DNA from: an uncultured cyanobacterium
GTDB taxonomy: Bacteria; Cyanobacteriota; Cyanobacteriia; PCC-6307; Cyanobiaceae
DNA: 64,000 nt
Direction of reading: 5' to 3'
Assembly (NCBI GenBank): GCA_963697335.1
Contig: CAVONQ010000004.1
Coordinates: 1-64,000 of the forward strand
The position numbers and the translations under genes are program-made. Within the stretch, counting starts at the first letter, position 1. Each line of letters starts with the position of its first letter. Of the stretch, positions 1-9,914 are shown piece by piece. The notes under the pieces were generated by a model. That model saw only the letters and a program-made list of their open reading frames with translations, ran no database searches and was not told the DNA's origin.

Positions 1-18
1 CACCCCCTGCCGCGCGGG

Positions 19-300
19 TTGGTGGAGCTCTACGGGCTGCTGGCGGTGCTGTTCGTGCTCGTGCCCGAGTGGATGGCCGGCAGCGTGCTGAGCGGCTTCC
101 GAGACCAGCGCAGCGGGCAGCTGCTGGCTCCTGCCTCCGCAGCCTGGCGACGGCTGCCGGAGCTGCGGCTGGCCGGGATGTCCATGGCTGAGCTGAGGCT
201 GCTGGCCAGGCAACTCCGCCTGCCGGGCTATGCGGGACTGTCGCGCCAGCAGCTCGCGGCCCGCCTGCTGAGGCGCCTGAGAAGGCGCAAAGCGCTGTGA
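19..300 (+). CDS. Hypothetical small protein: N-terminal hydrophobic segment and C-terminal Rho_N/HeH-like motif
   Basis: ORF with high GC3; the C-terminal MSMAELRLLARQLRLPGYAGLSRQQL resembles the Rho N-terminal helical motif; exact start uncertain. Confidence 0.6.
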   Translation: MVELYGLLAVLFVLVPEWMAGSVLSGFRDQRSGQLLAPASAAWRRLPELRLAGMSMAELRLLARQLRLPGYAGLSRQQLAARLLRRLRRRKAL

Positions 301-306
301 TAGCTT
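298..306 (+). promoter_or_regulatory. Candidate extended -10 promoter (TGnTAGCTT) of tRNA-Pro
   Basis: TGATAGCTT ends 9 nt before the tRNA 5' end. Confidence 0.4.
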
Positions 307-315
307 CTGTTCTGC

Positions 316-389
316 CGGGGCGTAGCGCAGCTTGGTAGCGCACCACTTTGGGGTAGTGGGGGTCGTGGGTTCAAATCCTGCTGCTCCGA
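316..389 (+). tRNA. tRNA-Pro(GGG)
   Basis: Cloverleaf: acceptor CGGGGCG/TGCTCCG, D-arm GCGC-AGCTTGGTA-GCGC, anticodon stem CCACT/AGTGG with loop TTGGGGT, T-loop TTCAAAT; CCA not encoded. Confidence 0.97.
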
Positions 390-432
390 TTCAACCGGCC
401 TCTTGAGCGGCCAACCTGGCGTTGTTCAGGAG

Positions 433-736
433 TCATGTCTTCCTTCGCCGGCTTCCCCAGCTGGCTATTTTGCTGGGGCCGGCCACCAGGCGGGTGCGCG
501 CCCTGAAACCCACCAGCCAGCGGTGGCACGGGCACCGCAGCAGGCAGGGCACCTCCTCGTGCAGCTGGCCCAGTTTCCTGGGCGGCCAGCCGGTGCAGGG
601 CCCGCACATCCACGCTCCAGAGGCTTTCGGCTTCCCGGATCAACCGGGCCCAGGAGCGGCTCACCTGCCAGCGGTTGAGCCGCAGCCGCGGTGAAGGCCT
701 CCCCATGGACCGGCAGGGGCGAGAGGGCATGGACAT
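433..736 (-). pseudogene. Small hypothetical protein with a +1 frameshift (or a sequencing error)
   Basis: Frame 1 gives ...RLNRWQVSRSWARLIREAESLWSVDVRALHRLAAQE; removing one A at 574-576 continues LGQLHEEVPCLLRCPCHRWLVGFRARTRLV... to TGA at 433-435. Confidence 0.6.
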
Positions 737-855
737 CGGTCGAACAACCCTGATGGACCCAGGATGCAGAGGGCGGCACGGCCGTTGCCGGAACCCACCG
801 CTGCGCTTCAACCACTGGAAGCAAAGTGGTGCAGGCAGGGCGTCGAAGCCGGCCA

Positions 856-1803
856 TCAAGCCGCGGCGCTGCCCTCGGCCACCGGCTCCACGGCAAAGGG
901 CAGGGCCATGGCCTCGCGGGCACTCAGGCGCCTGGTCCAGGCGCCGGGCACGGGGTTGTTCCAGCGGAACCCGGCCTGCTTGGCCTGATGACGCTCCGCG
1001 TAGGACAGCTCGGCCCGGAACAGCTCCCGCGGTTCCAGTGCCGCCTCGAGCAGGCGCTCCAGGTCGTCGCAGCGGGCGAACACCTCCGCCAGGTAGATGC
1101 AGTCGGTGAGGGCCCGGTGGGCGGCCCACACCGGCACGCCATAGGCGAGGGCCAGATCCCGCACCGACGGGCTGGGCCGCAGCTGACGCTCAGCCGGCCA
1201 GCGGATGTCATCCATGGAGCAGATCCAGGGCAGTGCCAGCTCCGGCAGCTGCTGACGACCGAACCACTGCCGATCGAAGCGGGCGTTGTGGGCCAGCGCC
1301 GCATCGGCGTGGGCCGCCATCGCCTCGAAGCAGGCCAGCCCCTGCCGCCAGGGCTGGGGCAGCCGGGTGATGGCGGGGTCGATGCCATTGATGCCCTCAG
1401 CCGGATTGCTCTGGGCCGGCAGCAGGAAAGACACCTGGCTGAGCACAGCCCGACCGCTGACGTGAAACAGGATGGCTCCCACTTCCAGGCAGACGTGCTC
1501 GCGGGGGTCCAGCCCGCTGGTTTCGGTGTCGAGGATCAGCAGAAACTCGGGCACAGCCCGCTGTTTCCCTGAGGACGCTCGAGCCGGTTGCGGGCGCGGT
1601 TGCGGTTGCGATTCCGGTTGCGAATGCGATTCGGGGTCAGGTTCAGGTTCGGCTGCAGGGATCGACACCAGTTGCAGCTCGGCCTCAGGGGCAGCCAGCA
1701 GACTTCCCAGCAGGTCCTGCTGCTGCCAGAGGCTGTCCTGTTCCGGAGGGGTACCACGCACAGGGCTGGCGGTCGCGCAGATCCATCCTCCCAGCCCCGG
1801 CAA
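856..1803 (-). CDS. DnaQ/epsilon-like 3'-5' exonuclease (DEDDh)
   Basis: ILDTETSGL, AHNARFD and AHRALTDC exonuclease motifs; N-terminal Pro/Glu/Gln-rich linker; true start probably somewhat downstream of 1803. Confidence 0.9.
   Translation of the reverse strand: MPGLGGWICATASPVRGTPPEQDSLWQQQDLLGSLLAAPEAELQLVSIPAAEPEPDPESHSQPESQPQPRPQPARASSGKQRAVPEFLLILDTETSGLDPREHVCLEVGAILFHVSGRAVLSQVSFLLPAQSNPAEGINGIDPAITRLPQPWRQGLACFEAMAAHADAALAHNARFDRQWFGRQQLPELALPWICSMDDIRWPAERQLRPSPSVRDLALAYGVPVWAAHRALTDCIYLAEVFARCDDLERLLEAALEPRELFRAELSYAERHQAKQAGFRWNNPVPGAWTRRLSAREAMALPFAVEPVAEGSAAA
1585..1650. repeat. Degenerate 6-bp tandem repeat encoding an EP/QP linker
   Basis: cggttg/cgattc/aggttc units encode EPEPDPESHSQPESQPQPRPQP in the exonuclease. 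Confidence 0.6.
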
Positions 1804-1853
1804 GCGACCAGCCCCTGCCCCTGCTTAGGGTCTGGGCACCACGACTGCTGACC

Positions 1854-2312
1854 ATGGGTGTTGCCGTCGGCGATCGGGCCCCCCTGATCGCCCTCCCCGA
1901 CCAGAGCGGCTGCGAACGGCGCAGCGACGAGCTGGGGGGCCGGGCCCTGGTGCTGTTCTTCTACCCCAAGGACGACACCCCTGGCTGCACCATGGAGGCC
2001 TGCGCCTTCCGCGACAGCTTCGCCGACCTGCAGGCCCTCGGCGCCGAGGTCTGGGGCGTCAGCGGTGATGACGCCGCCAGCCACAGCCGCTTCGCCCAGC
2101 GCCACAACCTCCCCTACCCCCTGCTGGTGGATCGGGGCAATGCCCTGCGCAAGGCCTTCGGGGTGCCCAGCGTGCTGGGCCTGCTGCCCGGGCGGGTCAC
2201 CTACGTGATCGATGGGGCGGGGGTGGTGCGTCACCAGTTCAACAACCTGCTCGACGGCCCAGCCCATCGCCGCGAGGCCCTCCAGGCCCTGCAGGCGCTG
2301 CAGGCGACCTGA
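1854..2312 (+). CDS. bcp: Peroxiredoxin, BCP/PrxQ family
   Basis: LFFYPKDDTPGCTMEACAFRD motif. Confidence 0.93.
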   Translation: MGVAVGDRAPLIALPDQSGCERRSDELGGRALVLFFYPKDDTPGCTMEACAFRDSFADLQALGAEVWGVSGDDAASHSRFAQRHNLPYPLLVDRGNALRKAFGVPSVLGLLPGRVTYVIDGAGVVRHQFNNLLDGPAHRREALQALQALQAT

Positions 2313-2341
2313 CAGCCCATCACCGACGCGGAGCGAGCGCC

Positions 2342-3109
2342 ATGGCGCCCTGGCAACAACGGGACAAGCTCTGGTGCGTGGAGCCGTCCGGCAGCCCCCG
2401 GGGGCTGATCGAATTCATCGGCGGCAGCTACCTGGCCGCCAGCCCCCAGCTCAGCTATCGCCGCCTGCTGGAGGCCCTGGCCACCCAGGGCTGGCGGGTG
2501 CATGCCTGGAGCTACGTGCCAGGCTTCGACCACCAGGCCCAGGCCAATGAGGCCTGGCGGCAGTTCCGGCTCAGCCGCGCCGGCGACGGCGCCCTGCTCG
2601 AACCGGCGGCGGCGGCGCAGCTGCCGGTGGTGCGGCTGGGCCACAGCCTCGGCTGCAAACTGCATCTGCTGGCACCGGATGGTGGCCGCCGCAACGCCGC
2701 CCTGGTGGCCCTGTGCTTCAACAACTTCTCAGCGGAGCGCTCCATCCCCCTGCTGGCCGAACTGGGCCAGCAACTGCGTTTTCGCAGCGAGTTCAGCCCC
2801 TCACCGGAGGAGACCCTGCGCCAGATCAGTGCCACCTACCTGCAGCCCCACAACCTGCTGGTGCGCTTCAGCCGCGACGGCATCGACCAGAGCAGCCGCC
2901 TGCTGGGGGTGCTCCAGGCCCGTCCCGGCGACGACTCGACCCTGCTGGAGCTGCCGGGCGACCATCTGACGCCAGCCAGCGGCGGCCTGCGCAAGCAGGT
3001 GCTCGGGGCCTGGGCCGATGATCCAGCCCGCCAGCGGGGCATGGAACGGCTGGCCCAGCAGATCAGCGGCTGGAGTGAGTCGCGGGCCTCGGGAGTGGCT
3101 CGCGGCTGA
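2342..3109 (+). CDS. DUF1350 family alpha/beta-hydrolase-like protein
   Basis: FIGGSYLAASPQLSYRRLLE, GHSLGCKLHLL, GDHLTP. Confidence 0.85.
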   Translation: MAPWQQRDKLWCVEPSGSPRGLIEFIGGSYLAASPQLSYRRLLEALATQGWRVHAWSYVPGFDHQAQANEAWRQFRLSRAGDGALLEPAAAAQLPVVRLGHSLGCKLHLLAPDGGRRNAALVALCFNNFSAERSIPLLAELGQQLRFRSEFSPSPEETLRQISATYLQPHNLLVRFSRDGIDQSSRLLGVLQARPGDDSTLLELPGDHLTPASGGLRKQVLGAWADDPARQRGMERLAQQISGWSESRASGVARG

Positions 3110-3119
3110 AGAGCCCTCT

Positions 3120-3797
3120 TCAGTCCAGGGGTTCCAGGGGGCGGGGCCGCAGCCGGGTGCCGGCGCGCTCGAAGGCCAGCACCATCTCCCTGCTGCCCGA
3201 TCCCCAACGGGCCACGCTCTGCATCGCCACGGTGAAGGGCACGTTGAGGATGTGTACCCGGCTGGCATCCAGAATCATCACGGCGCCGGCGAAGGGTGTG
3301 GGCACGGACGGGATGAACACCGTGAAGCGTCCGTCCTCGAACTCCTCGATGATGAAGGCCGGGATCAGGCCCTCATCGGATTCGAACAGGGCCGGCTTCC
3401 ACACGTTCTCCTCCGACAGGCCCAGCAGCTGCTGCACCAGGCTGCGGATCAGTCCATAGCCGGGAATGCGGTCATAGAGCCGTCGCTCCAGGCGCTGGTG
3501 CAACTCCAGACCCGCCGGGGTGCGCACGATCGCGCCCACCGCCAGGCAGATCCCCGCCAGCAGCAGCACCGACAGGATCTTCTCCAGCGGCACGCTGTCG
3601 GGAACCACCAGGGTCACCGGACGCACCAGGCCCGCAACCGTGCGCATGGCCTTGAGCACCAGCAGGCTGGCCAGATACAGGGGGATCACGATCACCAGCC
3701 CCCTGAAGAACGTGGCCAGCAGCGAATCCTCCAGCCGTCGGCGCAGCTGGACCCGCCCCGGCCGGGCCCGGCCGGGCCGCGGGCTTCCTGGGCTCAC
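3120..3797 (-). CDS. DUF502 family membrane protein
   Basis: FFRGLVIVIP, RIPGYGLIRS, TVFIPSVPTPFAG; TM segments. Confidence 0.8.
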   Translation of the reverse strand: MSPGSPRPGRARPGRVQLRRRLEDSLLATFFRGLVIVIPLYLASLLVLKAMRTVAGLVRPVTLVVPDSVPLEKILSVLLLAGICLAVGAIVRTPAGLELHQRLERRLYDRIPGYGLIRSLVQQLLGLSEENVWKPALFESDEGLIPAFIIEEFEDGRFTVFIPSVPTPFAGAVMILDASRVHILNVPFTVAMQSVARWGSGSREMVLAFERAGTRLRPRPLEPLD

Positions 3798-3801
3798 GTC
3801 C

Positions 3802-5775
3802 TCACACCCTCAGCTGATCGAGCACGGTGCGGTCCTCCAGGGTGGAGGTGTCACCGCTCACCTCCTCGCCAGCCGCCAGGGAGCGCAGGATCCGTCGCAT
3901 GATCTTGCCGCTGCGGGTCTTGGGCAGGGCATCGCTGAAGCGGATGTCATCGGGGCGGGCGATCGGGCCGATCTCCTGGCCCACATGGGCGCGCAGCTCG
4001 GCCATCAGGGCCTGGTCGCCGATGCGGCCGCTGTCCAGGGTCACGAAGGCCACGATTCCTTCCCCCTTGAGCTCATCGGGCCGGCCCACCACGGCGGCTT
4101 CCGCAACGGCCGGATGGCTCACCAGGGCCGATTCGATCTCCATCGTGCCCAACCTGTGGCCGCTCACATTGATCACGTCATCGACGCGGCCCATCACCCA
4201 GAAGTAGCCGTCGGCATCGCGGCGGGCGCCGTCGCCGGCGAAGTAGAGCCAGGAGCCGTCGGCCGGACGGATCTCCTCCCAGTAGCTCCTGCGGAAGCGC
4301 TCCGGGTCGCCGTGGACCGTGCGCATCATCCCGGGCCAGGGGCGCCGCACCGCCAGGTAGCCGCCGGCATCGGCGGGCTGGGAGACCCCCTCGTGGTCCA
4401 CCACGTCGGCCACGATGCCGGGCAGGGCCAAGGTGCAGGAACCGGGCTTGGTGGGGGTGGCCCCTGGCAGCGGGCTGACCATCACGCCACCGGTCTCGGT
4501 CTGCCACCAGGTGTCCACCACGGGACAGCGGTTGCCGCCGATCACCTCCCGATACCACATCCAGGCCTCGGGATTGATGGGCTCGCCCACCGTGCCGAGG
4601 ATTCTGAGGCTGGTCATGTCGTACTGATCCGGCACCTCCCGCCCGCTCTTCATGAAGGCGCGGATCGCCGTGGGGGCGGTGTAAAACAGGCTCACCCGGT
4701 GCTTCTGGATCACCTCCCAGAAGGCCCCCGGCTTGGAGGGCCGCGGTGCCCCCTCGTACATCACCGTCGTGGCGCCGTTGGAGAGCGGCCCGTAGACGAT
4801 GTAACTGTGGCCCGTGATCCAGCCCACATCGGCGGTGCACCAGTGGATGTCGTCCTCGCGCAGGTCAAAGATCCACTGGAAAGTGAGGTGGGCCCAGAGG
4901 TTGTAGCCGGCGGTCGTGTGCACCACCCCCTTGGGCTTGCCGGTGGAGCCGGAGGTGTAGAGCACGAACAGCCGGTCTTCGCTGGCCATGGGCTCGGCCG
5001 GGCAGTCGCTGCTCTGGGCCTCGACCAGCTCCTGCCACCAGACATCCCGCCCCGGCTCCATGGCGCACTCCTGGCCGGTGCGCCGTACCACCAGCACGTG
5101 CGCCACGCTGGGGGCGGCGCCATCGGCCAGGGCCGCATCCACCGCCGGCTTGAGGGCCACAGGCTTGTCCTTGCGGAAGCCCCCGTCGGCGGTGACCACC
5201 AGCTTCACTTCGCCGTCGATCAGCCGGTCCCGCAGGGCCTCGGCTGAAAAGCCCCCGAACACCACTGAATGGGGTGCCCCGATCCGGGCGCAGGCCAGCA
5301 TGGCGATGGCCGCCTCCGGCACCATCGGCATGTAGAGGGCCACCAGATCGCCCTTGCCGATGCCGAGGGCCTTGAGGGCATTGGCCGCCTGGCACACCGC
5401 CCCATGCAGCTCGCGGTAGCTGAAGCGGCGGGTGTCGCCGGGCTCCCCCTCCCAGATCAGGGCCGTCTTGTCGGCCCGGGGGCCCTGGAGATGGCGGTCG
5501 AGGCAGTTGTAACTGAGGTTGGTGCTGCCGCCCTCGAACCAGCGGGCAAAGGGCGGATTGCTCCAGTCGAGCACCGTGTGGAAGGGAGCGAACCAGTGCA
5601 GGTGTTCGCGGGCCTGCCGGCCCCAGAAGGCGTCGGGGTCGGCCTCCACCTCGGCCACAAGATCGTGGTAGGCCTGCATGGACCCGATTCCAGCGGTGGC
5701 GGCCAGCTCCGCCGGCGGGGCAAAGACGCGACTTTCGTGGAGCACGGATTCGATCGTGGCCTCAGACATCGCCAT
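3802..5775 (-). CDS. acs: Acetate--CoA ligase
   Basis: [33 protein letters not shown]; start placed at [12 protein letters not shown]. Confidence 0.97.
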   Translation of the reverse strand: MAMSEATIESVLHESRVFAPPAELAATAGIGSMQAYHDLVAEVEADPDAFWGRQAREHLHWFAPFHTVLDWSNPPFARWFEGGSTNLSYNCLDRHLQGPRADKTALIWEGEPGDTRRFSYRELHGAVCQAANALKALGIGKGDLVALYMPMVPEAAIAMLACARIGAPHSVVFGGFSAEALRDRLIDGEVKLVVTADGGFRKDKPVALKPAVDAALADGAAPSVAHVLVVRRTGQECAMEPGRDVWWQELVEAQSSDCPAEPMASEDRLFVLYTSGSTGKPKGVVHTTAGYNLWAHLTFQWIFDLREDDIHWCTADVGWITGHSYIVYGPLSNGATTVMYEGAPRPSKPGAFWEVIQKHRVSLFYTAPTAIRAFMKSGREVPDQYDMTSLRILGTVGEPINPEAWMWYREVIGGNRCPVVDTWWQTETGGVMVSPLPGATPTKPGSCTLALPGIVADVVDHEGVSQPADAGGYLAVRRPWPGMMRTVHGDPERFRRSYWEEIRPADGSWLYFAGDGARRDADGYFWVMGRVDDVINVSGHRLGTMEIESALVSHPAVAEAAVVGRPDELKGEGIVAFVTLDSGRIGDQALMAELRAHVGQEIGPIARPDDIRFSDALPKTRSGKIMRRILRSLAAGEEVSGDTSTLEDRTVLDQLRV

Positions 5776-5918
5776 GGCAGCAGTCAGGGGTGCATTCTGA
5801 GCTGCGACGCCCCGACCGAGAGGAACACCCACTGGCCGCTGCAGGAACCAGCTCGGGTGCCCGTGCCCGGGCAAACCAGCTCCCGGGCATCGTCTACTCC
5901 ACCCCCGGCAACCGTGCC

Positions 5919-6260
5919 GTGAGCGGGCGTGCCTGGGGGTTTTGGTACCTGCGCACCAGCAAAAAGGTGTGGTTCCGGGTGGAGCGTGGCGCGGTGGAGG
6001 GTCTCCAGCCCGTGTTCACCTACAACGGCCGGCCCATCCTGCACTGGAGCGAGCTGGCCAGGGGCCCGGCCCATTCCTCCCGGACTGACCCACCCCCGGT
6101 GGTGTGGGGGCACTATCTCGGCAGCAACTGGGCCGAGGGTCCCGCGGACACCCAGCTCTATCTGCAACTCTGGACCCGCTGGACCTGGCTCCATCCCGAG
6201 GCCTGCGGCCGGCCCGAGCGGTTCGCGGTGGCGTTCCGGAAGCCGGCGCCAGCCCGATGA
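5919..6260 (+). CDS. Trp-rich hypothetical protein
   Basis: Fills the acs-HAD gap; strong GC3 bias; GTG start at 5919 (ORF is open from 5790). Confidence 0.6.
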   Translation: MSGRAWGFWYLRTSKKVWFRVERGAVEGLQPVFTYNGRPILHWSELARGPAHSSRTDPPPVVWGHYLGSNWAEGPADTQLYLQLWTRWTWLHPEACGRPERFAVAFRKPAPAR

Positions 6261-6286
6261 GGGCGCCCCCCTGAGAGAATGGCGCC

Positions 6287-6952
6287 ATGAACCGCCCCGC
6301 GGCCTGCCTGTTCGATCTCGACGGACTCCTGATCGACACCGAACCGCTCCATGCCCGGGCCTGGCAGGAGGCCGCCAGCCACTTCGGCCGACCCCTGAGC
6401 CCCGGGGAGCTCACCAGCCTGCGGGGGCGTCGCCGGTTGGACTGCGCCGAGCAGGTGTGCGCCTGGATCAGCGCCAGCCCCTGCGCCAGCCCAGGTGCCA
6501 AGCCTGGTTTGGCCGAACTGCTGGCCGTGCGCCAGCCGATCGCGGAGGCCCTGCTGGTACAGGCGCCTCCGATCCACGGAGCCCCCGAGCTGGTGCAGCG
6601 CTGCCGCGACCAGGGGATCCCCATGGCGCTGGTGACCAGCAGCGCCCAAGCCTCCGTGGCCCTCAAATGTGCCGCCCATGGCTGGCTCGGCACGATGGAC
6701 ACCTGCGTCTACGGCGACGATCCCGAACTCAGGGCTGGCAAGCCAGCTCCCGACCCGTTCCAGATGGCAGCCCGGCGCCTGGGGATTGCCAGCAGCGACT
6801 GCTGGGCCTTCGAGGACTCCCTGGCCGGCAGCCAGGCGGCCCTGGCGGCCGGCTGCCAGGTGTACGTGCTGCTGCCCGATGGGGCCCGCAGGGAGCACTA
6901 TCCAGCGGGAGTGCACTGCCTGGGGTCCCTCGACGAGGTGCAGCTCATCTAG
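6287..6952 (+). CDS. HAD family phosphatase (CbbY/PGM-like)
   Basis: FDLDGLLIDTE, GKPAPDPF, FEDSLAG. Confidence 0.92.
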   Translation: MNRPAACLFDLDGLLIDTEPLHARAWQEAASHFGRPLSPGELTSLRGRRRLDCAEQVCAWISASPCASPGAKPGLAELLAVRQPIAEALLVQAPPIHGAPELVQRCRDQGIPMALVTSSAQASVALKCAAHGWLGTMDTCVYGDDPELRAGKPAPDPFQMAARRLGIASSDCWAFEDSLAGSQAALAAGCQVYVLLPDGARREHYPAGVHCLGSLDEVQLI

Positions 6953-6964
6953 CTGGGAAGGGGG

Positions 6965-7936
6965 TCAGTAGAGACGGCTGAGCACAAAGTCCGGCAGGGC
7001 CCGCAGGGCACTGCGGGGCTCGGAGGGAGCCAACCAGTCGATCGACTCGGCCGCCTCCCGCGCAAACTGTTCAGCCAGGGCCCGGGAGCGGGGGATGGCC
7101 TCGCAGCCCCGCACCAGGTCCAGGGCCTGGTCCAGATCGCCTTCCTCGGAGAACTCGCGCTCGATCAACCCCGCCAGGGCTGGCCGTTCCTGCAGGGCAT
7201 AGAGCACCGGTGCCGTGAGGTAGCCGGAGGCAAGGTCGCTGGCGGCGGGCTTGCCGAGCTGCTGGTCGCTGCCGGTGAAGTCGAGGATGTCATCCACCAC
7301 CTGGAAGGCCAGGCCGAGTTGGCGGCCGAAGCGGTAGAGGTCGTCGAGGTGGCTGGTGGGAAGACCGGAGAGCACCCCGGCGGCCCTGGCGCTGTTCGCG
7401 ATCAGCGAGGCCGTTTTGCAGTAGCTCTTCTCGAGATAGCTCTCGAAGCTCTGGGTGGTGTCGTAGCGGAACAGGCCCTGTTTCACCTCGCCATCGGCCA
7501 GATCCATGATCACGCGACTGAGCAACTTCACCACGTCGAGGTCATCGAGGTTGGCGAGGTGCCAGCTGGCCTGGGCGAACAGAAAGTCACCCGCCAGCAC
7601 CGCCACGCGATAGTTGAAGCGGCTGTGCACGGTGTCGACCCCGCGCCGGGTGGCCGCCTCGTCCACCACATCGTCGTGGACGAGGGAGGCGGTGTGGATC
7701 ATCTCTGTGATCTCAGCCAGGCGCCGATGGCGGGGCGTGAGTTCCCCATCCGGGGCCACGGCCCGGGAGAGCAGCAGCACGATGCCCGGCCGCAGGCGCT
7801 TGCCGCCGGCGGCGAACAGATGCTCGGCGGCCGCTTGAAGAATGGGATGCCCCGCGCCAATGAGGCTGCGCAGATCCGAGAGCAGGGTATCGAGATCGGC
7901 TTCCACCGGCTGGAGCAGCTCTGCAACCGTTGCCAC
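6965..7936 (-). CDS. sds: Solanesyl diphosphate synthase
   Basis: GGKRLRP, LVHDDVVD (FARM), FQVVDDILD (SARM). Confidence 0.93.
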   Translation of the reverse strand: MATVAELLQPVEADLDTLLSDLRSLIGAGHPILQAAAEHLFAAGGKRLRPGIVLLLSRAVAPDGELTPRHRRLAEITEMIHTASLVHDDVVDEAATRRGVDTVHSRFNYRVAVLAGDFLFAQASWHLANLDDLDVVKLLSRVIMDLADGEVKQGLFRYDTTQSFESYLEKSYCKTASLIANSARAAGVLSGLPTSHLDDLYRFGRQLGLAFQVVDDILDFTGSDQQLGKPAASDLASGYLTAPVLYALQERPALAGLIEREFSEEGDLDQALDLVRGCEAIPRSRALAEQFAREAAESIDWLAPSEPRSALRALPDFVLSRLY

Positions 7937-7959
7937 GTCACCTCCGCCGTGCCGAGATC

Positions 7960-8784
7960 CTAGAAGGCGCGTGCTGCCGTCCGCAGGTCCACATGCTCCA
8001 CGGCGGGGCGATGCCCGAGCCAGTCTTCGGCGCCGGCGGCGAAGGTGTCCGGGCAGCCGGTGACACAGAGGCGGGAGCGCTGGTGCAGGGGCAGCACCTG
8101 TTCGGAGAGGCGCTCCACCTCCGGCGATTCACCGAGGCTTCCCAGCAGGGGGCCCAGCCGTTCCACCACGGCCAGGGCCGGATCCACCAGCTCCACCCCA
8201 GCCGGCAGCAGTTCCGTCAGCAGGGGGCGCAGCAGGGGGTAGTGGCTGCAGCCCAGCACCACCGTGTCAACCCCGGCGGCCAGCAGGGGGGCCAGGTAGG
8301 CGCGGGCCACCCTGCGCAGGGTCTCGGAGTTGCGGTGACCGGCCTCGATCAGGCCCACGAACTCCGGGCAGCCCACCTCCGTGACCGCGGCCGTGGGCCG
8401 GCTGGCATGGATGGCACGGCGGTAGGCGCCGCTGGCGGCGGTGGCGGGGGTGGCCAGCACCCCCACCCGGTCGCTGCTGATCACGGTGGCGACGCTGTCG
8501 ATCAGGCCGAGCACGGGCACGGCGGCCTCCGACACCGCCACGTCCAGGGCCAGGGCGTTGCAGGTGTTGCAGGCCATCACCAGCACCCCCACGTTCTCGG
8601 CCCGCAGCCACTGCACCACTTCGGCGGCGATCCGGCGGATCTCCTCCGGGCTGCGGCTGCCGTAGGGCACCCGGGCCGTGTCCCCCAGGTAGAGGCAGCG
8701 CGAGTGGGGATGGCGTTCGGTGACCCTGCGCAACACTGTGAGCCCACCGACGCCGCTGTCGAAGAGGCCGACGAGCAGCGCCAT
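7960..8784 (-). CDS. murI: Glutamate racemase
   Basis: FDSGVGGLTV, MACNT, LGCSHYPLL. Confidence 0.96.
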   Translation of the reverse strand: MALLVGLFDSGVGGLTVLRRVTERHPHSRCLYLGDTARVPYGSRSPEEIRRIAAEVVQWLRAENVGVLVMACNTCNALALDVAVSEAAVPVLGLIDSVATVISSDRVGVLATPATAASGAYRRAIHASRPTAAVTEVGCPEFVGLIEAGHRNSETLRRVARAYLAPLLAAGVDTVVLGCSHYPLLRPLLTELLPAGVELVDPALAVVERLGPLLGSLGESPEVERLSEQVLPLHQRSRLCVTGCPDTFAAGAEDWLGHRPAVEHVDLRTAARAF

Positions 8785-9914
8785 CAGCGCCCCCCCAGGA
8801 ACTGCAGGATGCCGGTGGCCAGGGCCATGGCGAGGCGGCGGCGGTGGGAGGGATCGGCCAGGCGCGGCGCGTCGAGGGCCCCGGTCACGAAGCCCATCTC
8901 CACCAGGGAGGACGGCATCACGGTGCGGCGGATCACGAAGAAGCGGCCGGCCTTGACGCCGCGATCCGGGGAGCCCGGCGACACGGACATCATCTGGGCC
9001 TGCAGGGCCCGCGCCAGGCGCAGCGACTGACCGCCCGAGAAATAGAAGGTCTCAACGCCGTTCACATCCGGGCGGGCCATGCTCAGGGCATTGGCGTGAA
9101 TGCTCACGAACACGTCGGCGCCCACCCGGTTGGCCAGGGCCACCCGCGGTGGCAGGTCCACGTCCACATCCGAGGTGCGGGTCATCACCACGTTGACGCC
9201 GCGGGCCTGGAGCAGACGGGCCACCTGCAGGGACACGTCGAGCACGACGTCGGTCTCCCGCAGGCCGCGGATACCCACGGCGCCGGGATCCGGGCCGCCG
9301 TGACCGGGATCGATCACCACCCGGAAGCGCCCCCGGGGCACCACGGGGAGACCATCGGCGGAAAGGGGCGTGCTGGCAGTCGGGAAGCTGGCAGTGGAAA
9401 GCCTGGGGCCTGCTCCTGAGGCGATGGGAGTGCTGCGGTCCACATCACCCTCGCCCAGGCCCAGCAGCACCGGCCGCCTCAGCCCCTTGAACTCCAGCTT
9501 CCAGCGGTCCGAGGCGGTGCCCACCAGGCGCAGGTCGGCGGGATTGAGCTCGGTTCCGGGCCTGAACTCCACCACGATCCGGGTGGTGGTGGGGGTGGGC
9601 TTGCCGATGCGTACCTCGCGCACATCGCCACTGCCGCGGATCGAGCGGGTGCTCATCGGAGCCCCCGGCAGATCCACCCACACCCGCGGCCCTCTCAGCC
9701 GCGTGCCGTCTTCAAAGAAGGCCTGCAGCCGCACATTGGGGCTGGTGCGTAGCTCCAGGGCCCCCTGGCGCGTGATCCGCCAGGCGGCCAGGCTGGAGGC
9801 CAGGGCCGGCAGATCGGCCAGCACCAGCGCGACGGCCAGCAGCACCCGCAGCAGGCCGAGGCGACGGGGGGACCTGGCGCTGCCGGGGCGCCTCAGTGGC
9901 ATCGGGGCAGCCAC
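8784..9914 (-). CDS. N-acetylmuramoyl-L-alanine amidase (AMIN + Amidase_3)
   Basis: VIDPGHGGPDPGA, FVSIHANA, LVEMGFV; signal peptide. Confidence 0.93.
   Translation of the reverse strand: MAAPMPLRRPGSARSPRRLGLLRVLLAVALVLADLPALASSLAAWRITRQGALELRTSPNVRLQAFFEDGTRLRGPRVWVDLPGAPMSTRSIRGSGDVREVRIGKPTPTTTRIVVEFRPGTELNPADLRLVGTASDRWKLEFKGLRRPVLLGLGEGDVDRSTPIASGAGPRLSTASFPTASTPLSADGLPVVPRGRFRVVIDPGHGGPDPGAVGIRGLRETDVVLDVSLQVARLLQARGVNVVMTRTSDVDVDLPPRVALANRVGADVFVSIHANALSMARPDVNGVETFYFSGGQSLRLARALQAQMMSVSPGSPDRGVKAGRFFVIRRTVMPSSLVEMGFVTGALDAPRLADPSHRRRLAMALATGILQFLGGR

Noticed and set aside
316..1000. Genomic island integrated at tRNA-Pro
   Set aside because: No integrase, no direct repeat of the tRNA 3' end and no evident compositional shift; downstream genes are core-type
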